Origin: Candidatus Microgenomates bacterium
Lineage (GTDB): Bacteria > Patescibacteriota > Microgenomatia > UBA8517
Direction: 5' to 3'
NCBI GenBank assembly: GCA_049523135.1
Contig: JBEKNE010000001.1
Span: forward strand, 391,009 to 455,008
DNA: 64,000 bases
The position numbers and the translations under genes are program-made. Shown here in pieces: positions 58,325-64,000 of this stretch (position 1 is its first letter; every line of letters starts with the position of its first letter). The notes beneath the pieces are model-generated. The model made no database searches and was not told the origin of the DNA. It was given only the letters and a program-made list of their open reading frames with translations.

Positions 58325-59253
58325 TGCAAAATATTTACGAAGTTCAAACATCCAACAAAATTAAGAGCGCAGTTATAATTGCGCTCTTTGTTGTGTTTGT
58401 TTTTTTGGTGGTGTACATTATCGCCAGCGCTTTGGGATACTATTGGGGTTATCAACCCGGCGGCTTTGGACTTGTCGGCATTGCGCTTATTGTTTCAGGA
58501 ATTTCAAGTTTTTTCAGTTATTATTATTCCGATAAAATTATTCTTGGAATATCCGGTGCCAGGCGGGCAACTCCTCAGGAAGATAGACTTTTTACACAGG
58601 TTGTTGAGAACTTATGTATCGGTGCGGGACTTCCTAAACCAACTCTTTACGTAATTGATGACCCGTCTCCCAACGCTTTTGCTACGGGACGAGATCCAAA
58701 ACATGCCGTAATTTGTGCTACATCAGGACTTTTGGATAAATTAAATCGGAGTGAACTCGAGGGCGTATTTGGTCATGAACTTACACATGTTAAAAATTTT
58801 GATACCAGACTCATGGCGGTTGTAGCAGTAATGGTAGGCCTGATAGCTCTTCTTGGGGATTGGTTTTTGCGGAGTATGTGGTTTACCGGCGGAAGAAGCC
58901 GCGATAGAGAGGGTAATACCGGAGCCATATTTTTAGTACTTGGGATAATTTTTGCAATTCTTTCACCCATTATCGGAACGCTTATTCAGCTGGCCATAAG
59001 CAGACGTAGGGAATTCATGGCCGATGCGGGATCCGTGGAAATTACAAGACAACCGCAGGATTTAATTTCTGCATTGGAAAAAATATCCGACGACCCTCAA
59101 CCAATGAAAAATGCGAATAAGGCCACAGCACATCTTTATATAGAAAATCCTTTTAAGAAAAAGGGGCAAGGAAACGTAGGTTGGTTTTCAGGTCTTTTTG
59201 ATACTCACCCACCGATTTCGGAAAGAATTAAGGCTCTTCAAAAAATGGACTAA
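58324..59253 (+). CDS. htpX: M48-family zinc metalloprotease HtpX
   Basis: HELTHV (HExxH). TM helices. Pairs with lemA. Confidence 0.8.
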   Translation: MQNIYEVQTSNKIKSAVIIALFVVFVFLVVYIIASALGYYWGYQPGGFGLVGIALIVSGISSFFSYYYSDKIILGISGARRATPQEDRLFTQVVENLCIGAGLPKPTLYVIDDPSPNAFATGRDPKHAVICATSGLLDKLNRSELEGVFGHELTHVKNFDTRLMAVVAVMVGLIALLGDWFLRSMWFTGGRSRDREGNTGAIFLVLGIIFAILSPIIGTLIQLAISRRREFMADAGSVEITRQPQDLISALEKISDDPQPMKNANKATAHLYIENPFKKKGQGNVGWFSGLFDTHPPISERIKALQKMD

Positions 59254-59272
59254 CGATAGTATTATTGGAGAT

Positions 59273-59584
59273 ATGGCAAAATTATCCAAAAGCGACGTAC
59301 TTCATGTTGCCAAGCTTGCCAATTTGAATTTAACTGAGAAAGAAATCGATAAATTTGCGCCACAGCTTTCAAAGGTTGTTGATTTTGTAGGAGAATTATC
59401 AAAAGTTGACACAAATAACGTTGAGCCAACAAGTCAGACTACCGGTCTTTCTAACATAACAAGGATTGATAATGTTAATCTTGCGGGTTCATTGACGGAG
59501 GATGAAGCGCTAAGCGGTAGCGATAAAGTCTATAACGGATATTTCAAAGTTAATGCAATTTTAAAAGAAAGGAGTGACAAATGA
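59273..59584 (+). CDS. gatC: Asp/Glu-tRNA amidotransferase subunit C
   Basis: MAKLSKSDVLHVAKLANLNLTEKEIDKF. GGAG 2 nt upstream of ATG 59273 (very short spacing). Confidence 0.75.
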   Translation: MAKLSKSDVLHVAKLANLNLTEKEIDKFAPQLSKVVDFVGELSKVDTNNVEPTSQTTGLSNITRIDNVNLAGSLTEDEALSGSDKVYNGYFKVNAILKERSDK

Positions 59585-61002
59585 ATATAGATTTACCTAC
59601 CGATATAGAGGAAACACAGGAAGGACTCCTAGCCAAAAAGTTTTCAGCTGTAGAACTTGTGGATACTTATCTTGGCAGAATTGAAAAGAACAAAGACTTG
59701 AATGCATTTTTAACCGTTTCGTCAGATAAGGCTTATTTTCAAGCAAAGGAAGTCGATAGGGTAATTGGTGAGATTCCTCAAAAAGACATTCTAAAACAAA
59801 AGCCGCTTTTGGGAGTAACTATCGCCCACAAAGATCTGTATTTAACGAAGGGAATAAGAACAACCGCTTCGTCAAATGTTTTGAAAGATTACGTTCCGGA
59901 TTATTCCGCAACGGTTGTGGAGCGAATGGCGGAAGCCGGTGGGATAACAATCGGAAAAACAAATTGCGATGCCTGGGCACATGGAGCAAGCGGGGAAAAT
60001 TCGGATTTCGGACCCGTAAAAAATCCATGGAATAAAGAATACGTCCCCGGCGGTTCTTCCAGCGGTTCTGCCGCATCGGTTGCAGCTGGACTTAGTTTGG
60101 TTGCAACGGGAACCGATACGGGAGGTTCAATCCGTCAGCCTGCAAACTTTTCAGGCGTGGTTGGTTTTAAACCGACTTATGGCGCGGTTTCGAGGTATGG
60201 GGTAATTGCTATGGCTTCTTCACTCGACTGCATGGGTTCTTTTGCGGGGAGAGTTTCCGATGTGGAAAAGATTTTTAATGTAGTTAAGGGTAAAGACGGT
60301 TTCGATTCAACTATCTCTGACGCTTCTTATGATAAACCAAAAGACAGGATCAAAATTGGAATTCCCAAGGAATATTTTATCGAAGGTCTTGATAAAGAAG
60401 TTGAGGAAAGTGTTTTAAGAGCCTCAAAAGTTTTTGAAAAACAGGGAATTGAACTTAAGCAGGTGAGTCTTCCAAATACAATGTACGGTATTTCGGTTTA
60501 CTATATCGTTCAGCCGGCCGAGGTATCTTCTAATTTGGGTAGATTTGACGGAATAAGATATGGGAACGGCAGAGACGCTTTTGGAGCCGAAGCGAAAAGA
60601 AGAATAATGCTCGGAACCTACGTACTTTCGGCGGGATATTATGATGCATATTATCTTAAGGCGCAGAAAGTAAGATCTAAAATTATTGAAGATTTTGATA
60701 ATGTTTTTGATGAAGTTGATGCAATTATTGCTCCAGTATCTCCCACATCAGCTTTTAAGCTCGGAGAAAAAACCTCGGATCCTTTAAAAATGTATTTGTC
60801 GGATGTTTTGACTGTTTCTGCCAATTTGGCCGGTATTCCCGCTTTGGCTATTCCGTCTGAGGTTAACCGTGAGGGACTTCCTCTTGGCTTCCAGCTTATC
60901 GGCCCGAAATTTTCGGAGCTTTCACTTTTTGGTTTGGGTAAATTATATGAAAGTGTTACGCATTTTAATAACAAATGGCAAACGAATTTAAAAAGATTTT
61001 AA
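59581..61002 (+). CDS. gatA: Glutamyl-tRNA(Gln)/Asp-tRNA(Asn) amidotransferase subunit A
   Basis: Amidase signature GGSSSGSAASVAAGL. Confidence 0.85.
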   Translation: MNIDLPTDIEETQEGLLAKKFSAVELVDTYLGRIEKNKDLNAFLTVSSDKAYFQAKEVDRVIGEIPQKDILKQKPLLGVTIAHKDLYLTKGIRTTASSNVLKDYVPDYSATVVERMAEAGGITIGKTNCDAWAHGASGENSDFGPVKNPWNKEYVPGGSSSGSAASVAAGLSLVATGTDTGGSIRQPANFSGVVGFKPTYGAVSRYGVIAMASSLDCMGSFAGRVSDVEKIFNVVKGKDGFDSTISDASYDKPKDRIKIGIPKEYFIEGLDKEVEESVLRASKVFEKQGIELKQVSLPNTMYGISVYYIVQPAEVSSNLGRFDGIRYGNGRDAFGAEAKRRIMLGTYVLSAGYYDAYYLKAQKVRSKIIEDFDNVFDEVDAIIAPVSPTSAFKLGEKTSDPLKMYLSDVLTVSANLAGIPALAIPSEVNREGLPLGFQLIGPKFSELSLFGLGKLYESVTHFNNKWQTNLKRF

Positions 61003-62231
61003 AAAACACCGGCTTTCTTAAGCTTTGGTCTTCACAAATTTTATCTCAGGTGAGTATAAATATTATGAATTTTTTGCTTCTGACGAGATTGTTTGTTCTT
61101 ACAGGTTCTACAATAGCTACTTCAATGCTTTGGGTTGCATATTCTCTTCCGGCTATTTTTTTTGGTCCTATAGGGGCCGCGGCAGTTGACTTGGTAAATC
61201 GGAGAAAAATGCTTATGATTACAAATTTTTTGCAAGGACTGACAATTTTTTCTTATTTTCTGTTTCACGGGCAGACAACCTTTATACTTTATGGTGTAGT
61301 TATGATTTATTCTTTATTTAATCAATTTTATTCTCCGGCTGAAGCAGCATCTCTTCCCAATGTTGTAACCAAACTCGAACTGCCTCAAGCCAATAGTCTC
61401 TTTTTCTTTACTTTACAAACTTCTTTGGTAGTTGGTTTTGGTTTTGCAGGAATTTTACAATCAGTGATTGGTTTTAACGGAAGTTTGCTTCTTTGTAGTA
61501 TATTTTTATTTTTGGCATTTATCAGTACATGGCTTCTTCCCGATATTAAAATAGTAGGCAAACCGTTTTTTTCATTCGAGCATGTTCTTAAAACTATTTA
61601 TGAATCCATATTGGAAGGGTATGAATTTATAAGAAAAAATAAATTTATCGAGCTTCCCTTAATACTGCTTTTGGGGTTACAGGCATGTCTTTCAATGATT
61701 GTTGTTAATTTGCCCGCAATTGCTTCGCAGGTTCTTAATATTCCTCTTAACCTTTCAGGTGTATCGGTTGTTGTTCCGGCCGGGATCGGAGCAGTTTTAG
61801 CCTCAGTTATTGTTACAAGAATGCTTAAAAAAGGAATAAGAAAGAAGATAATAATTGAATACTGTTTGGCTTTCGTCGGTATCTCAATGCTTCTTATAGG
61901 AGTATTGGTTCCGTTTGCCCCGCAATTTGTTCGATCGTTTATCACACCCCTGGTGATTATTTTTGTTGGCTTCGGTTATATGGGAGTAGATATTCCGACA
62001 ATTACTTTTATTCAGGAAATTACTCCAAGTTGGTTTAGAGGCAGAGTTTTTGGAAATTTAGGATTTTTAATAACAATTATCAATATCTTTCCGGTGTTTT
62101 TCTCGGGTGCAATATCAGAAATATTCGGTGCCAGAACTTTTGTAAGCTTAATAGGGCTAGGGGCAACCTTAGCTGCAATTTATATATTTAAAAGAGGACA
62201 AGGTTTAATTGAGAAGAAATATACTGTATAA
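60975..62231 (+). CDS. MFS transporter (12 TM) inserted between gatA and gatB
   Basis: Hydropathy and motif pattern of the major facilitator superfamily. Confidence 0.55.
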   Translation: MANEFKKILKNTGFLKLWSSQILSQVSINIMNFLLLTRLFVLTGSTIATSMLWVAYSLPAIFFGPIGAAAVDLVNRRKMLMITNFLQGLTIFSYFLFHGQTTFILYGVVMIYSLFNQFYSPAEAASLPNVVTKLELPQANSLFFFTLQTSLVVGFGFAGILQSVIGFNGSLLLCSIFLFLAFISTWLLPDIKIVGKPFFSFEHVLKTIYESILEGYEFIRKNKFIELPLILLLGLQACLSMIVVNLPAIASQVLNIPLNLSGVSVVVPAGIGAVLASVIVTRMLKKGIRKKIIIEYCLAFVGISMLLIGVLVPFAPQFVRSFITPLVIIFVGFGYMGVDIPTITFIQEITPSWFRGRVFGNLGFLITIINIFPVFFSGAISEIFGARTFVSLIGLGATLAAIYIFKRGQGLIEKKYTV

Positions 62232-62241
62232 AGAAACTAAT

Positions 62242-63549
62242 ATGAAGAAAAATTTTATTCCGGTGGTGGGACTTGAAGTTCATATTGAACTTTCTACGAA
62301 AAGCAAAATGTTTTGCGGTTGTTCTGCTGAGCATTTTGGGAAAAAACCAAACACTCAGGTTTGTCCTGTATGTTTGGGACTTCCCGGAGCTCTTCCGTTT
62401 GCGAATAAAGAGGCGATTACCGATACAATAAGATTTGGTTTGGCATTTGGCTCCAGGATTAATAAATTCAGTAAATTCGACCGCAAGCACTATTTTTATC
62501 CCGATTTACCCAAAGGTTACCAGATTTCCCAATACGATTTGCCTCTTTGTGTTGGAGGAAGTTTTGAAGATAAAAGGTTAACAAGGGTGCATCTCGAAGA
62601 AGATACAGGAAAGCTTGTTCACGAAAAAGTTGACGGAGTTAAATCTTCGTTAATTGATTTCAATAGAAGCTCGGTTCCCCTTATGGAGATGGTAACGGAA
62701 CCCGATTTCCACGATACGGAATCAATTATAAAGTTTCTAAAAGAGGCACAAATCATTGCAAGATATTTGGGGATCAGTAATGCCGATATGGAGAAAGGCT
62801 CCATGAGACTTGAAGCAAATATTTCTCTTTCACCCGACGGTAAACTTCCAAATTACAAAGTCGAACTTAAAAACATCAACTCCTTTAAGTTTCTGGAAAA
62901 AGCAATCAACGCTGAAATTAAAAGACAGGAAGAAATTCTTTCGGCCGGAGGTAAGATTGAACCCGAAACACGCGGCTATGACGAAATAAAACAAACTACC
63001 TATCTTCAGAGAAGCAAGGAAGATGCTAAAGATTACAGATATTTTCCTGAACCCGATCTTCCTCCAATGAAATTTACGGATGAAGAAATTGAAAAAATTA
63101 AAAGTTCTTTGCCGGAACTTCCTAAAGAAAAAAGAGAAAGGTTTGCAAAAGATTATAAACTTGCAGGGGATTATGTAGAGATATTGGTAAGTGATCCTGA
63201 AAGATCAAACTATTTTGAAGAAGCAGTAAAGTTAGGAACGAAAGCTGATATATCAGCTAAAGAGTTGGCTGACCTGATGATAAACAAGAAATTTGATGCC
63301 GAATTTCTTGAACCTGCGGGATTTGTCAGAAAAGTATTGGAATTGACAAGTGTTGAGTATACCGATCCTTCGGATACTAAATTTGCGGTTTTGGAGGTAA
63401 TGGGAGAGCAGAAAAAAGCTGTGGAAGATTATAAACAGGGAAAAGGTGAGGTCGTAGGATTTTTAATCGGAATGGTACAAAAGAAACTAAAAGGTAAAGG
63501 TAACCCCAGCTTGGTGCGCGAAGGTTTACTTAAAGAATTACAAAAATGA
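62242..63549 (+). CDS. gatB: Asp/Glu-tRNA amidotransferase subunit B
   Basis: [24 protein letters not shown] at 62242. Confidence 0.85.
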   Translation: MKKNFIPVVGLEVHIELSTKSKMFCGCSAEHFGKKPNTQVCPVCLGLPGALPFANKEAITDTIRFGLAFGSRINKFSKFDRKHYFYPDLPKGYQISQYDLPLCVGGSFEDKRLTRVHLEEDTGKLVHEKVDGVKSSLIDFNRSSVPLMEMVTEPDFHDTESIIKFLKEAQIIARYLGISNADMEKGSMRLEANISLSPDGKLPNYKVELKNINSFKFLEKAINAEIKRQEEILSAGGKIEPETRGYDEIKQTTYLQRSKEDAKDYRYFPEPDLPPMKFTDEEIEKIKSSLPELPKEKRERFAKDYKLAGDYVEILVSDPERSNYFEEAVKLGTKADISAKELADLMINKKFDAEFLEPAGFVRKVLELTSVEYTDPSDTKFAVLEVMGEQKKAVEDYKQGKGEVVGFLIGMVQKKLKGKGNPSLVREGLLKELQK

Positions 63550-63974
63550 GTGACAGAGAAGCGGAAATAGAGAGTCTAAGCATTCCTGAAAAAGAAAAAC
63601 AAAATGTCAAAGAGCTGATGGCATTGATGGAAAAATCAGCGAATGATTTACAGCATAGAATTGTCTTGGAAATTGTGGGGGGAGCCGTAACTAAAGAATG
63701 GCCCCGGAAAGATATTGATTTAGCCTGTCATATTGTTGATCTTGGCGATGTAGAGGGTGAACATCCACTAGAGCGTTCTAATAGGTTTTTCTCAGTTTTA
63801 GAGGATATTGTGCATGATGCAGTGGAAAAGTCGGGAGGTTTCGCAATTGTAAATACTACTCACCCGTACGTAGATCATCAACAAGGTGGAGAAGACATTA
63901 TGGAACACAATGGTTCTATAATTGTAAAACCGATCCCAAAAGGTACACCAATAGAAGTTATAAATAATGTCTAA
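63546..63974 (+). CDS. Hypothetical protein, possible minimal nucleotidyltransferase (Pol-beta superfamily) fold
   Basis: [17 protein letters not shown] resembles the GS-x(9-13)-DxD pattern. Weak. Confidence 0.3.
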   Translation: MSDREAEIESLSIPEKEKQNVKELMALMEKSANDLQHRIVLEIVGGAVTKEWPRKDIDLACHIVDLGDVEGEHPLERSNRFFSVLEDIVHDAVEKSGGFAIVNTTHPYVDHQQGGEDIMEHNGSIIVKPIPKGTPIEVINNV

Positions 63975-64000
63975 ATTTGTTCATCTACATGTTCACACCG

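Overview
This is a low-GC, gene-dense bacterial chromosomal segment. Gene content suggests a reduced-genome Patescibacteria/CPR-like (Microgenomates-type) organism: many GT-C/GT4 glycosyltransferases, a DUF4012-like protein and a compact type-2-like IleRS. I cannot confirm the lineage from sequence alone. Code 11 fits.

Layout:
1. 1-9575: surface-glycan locus. It holds an O-antigen-ligase-like protein, a PMT/ArnT-like GT-C protein, three GT4 genes, manC, a priming phosphoglycosyl transferase and a DUF4012-like protein.
2. 9588-19002: housekeeping and envelope genes (recO, znuCB, a DEDD exonuclease, a cupin, a Cas4-like Fe-S nuclease, an LCP protein, TspO, glyQS).
3. 19040-44191: a very large cell-wall/division (dcw) supercluster. 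Order: mraZ-rsmH-ftsL-ftsI-murA-yvcK-murE::glmU(N)-murC-murB-murD-ddl-alr-murF-mraY-ftsW-murG-ftsQ-ftsA-ftsZ, followed by ileS and rodA.
4. 44261-48856: rplU, an opposite-strand unknown gene, rpmA, parB, lepB, a purA C-terminal relic, an IMPDH-family gene, tRNA-Val and an MsrQ-like membrane protein.
5. 48857-49309: a roughly 450-bp structured regulatory intergenic region.
6. 49310-53654: a second glycan-assembly locus (Wzx flippase, GT-C membrane GT, compact GT2, Wzy-like protein).
7. 53637-55971: a minus-strand array of tRNA-Thr/Gly/Asp interleaved with Ig-like and LysM envelope proteins.
8. 56024-63974: polX, lemA-htpX, gatC-gatA-(MFS)-gatB and a small nucleotidyltransferase-like ORF.

I found no rRNA, CRISPR array, transposase or integrase.

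Most notable observations:
- A MurE-GlmU(uridylyltransferase) fusion ORF.
- Promoter -10 boxes sitting 5-11 nt upstream of start codons at ten or more genes, implying leaderless mRNAs.
- A consensus mraZ promoter followed by three direct repeats on a 10-bp pitch (candidate MraZ boxes).
- A 42-codon purA remnant.
- A G8 homopolymer in the manC/GT4 overlap, which is a phase-variation candidate.
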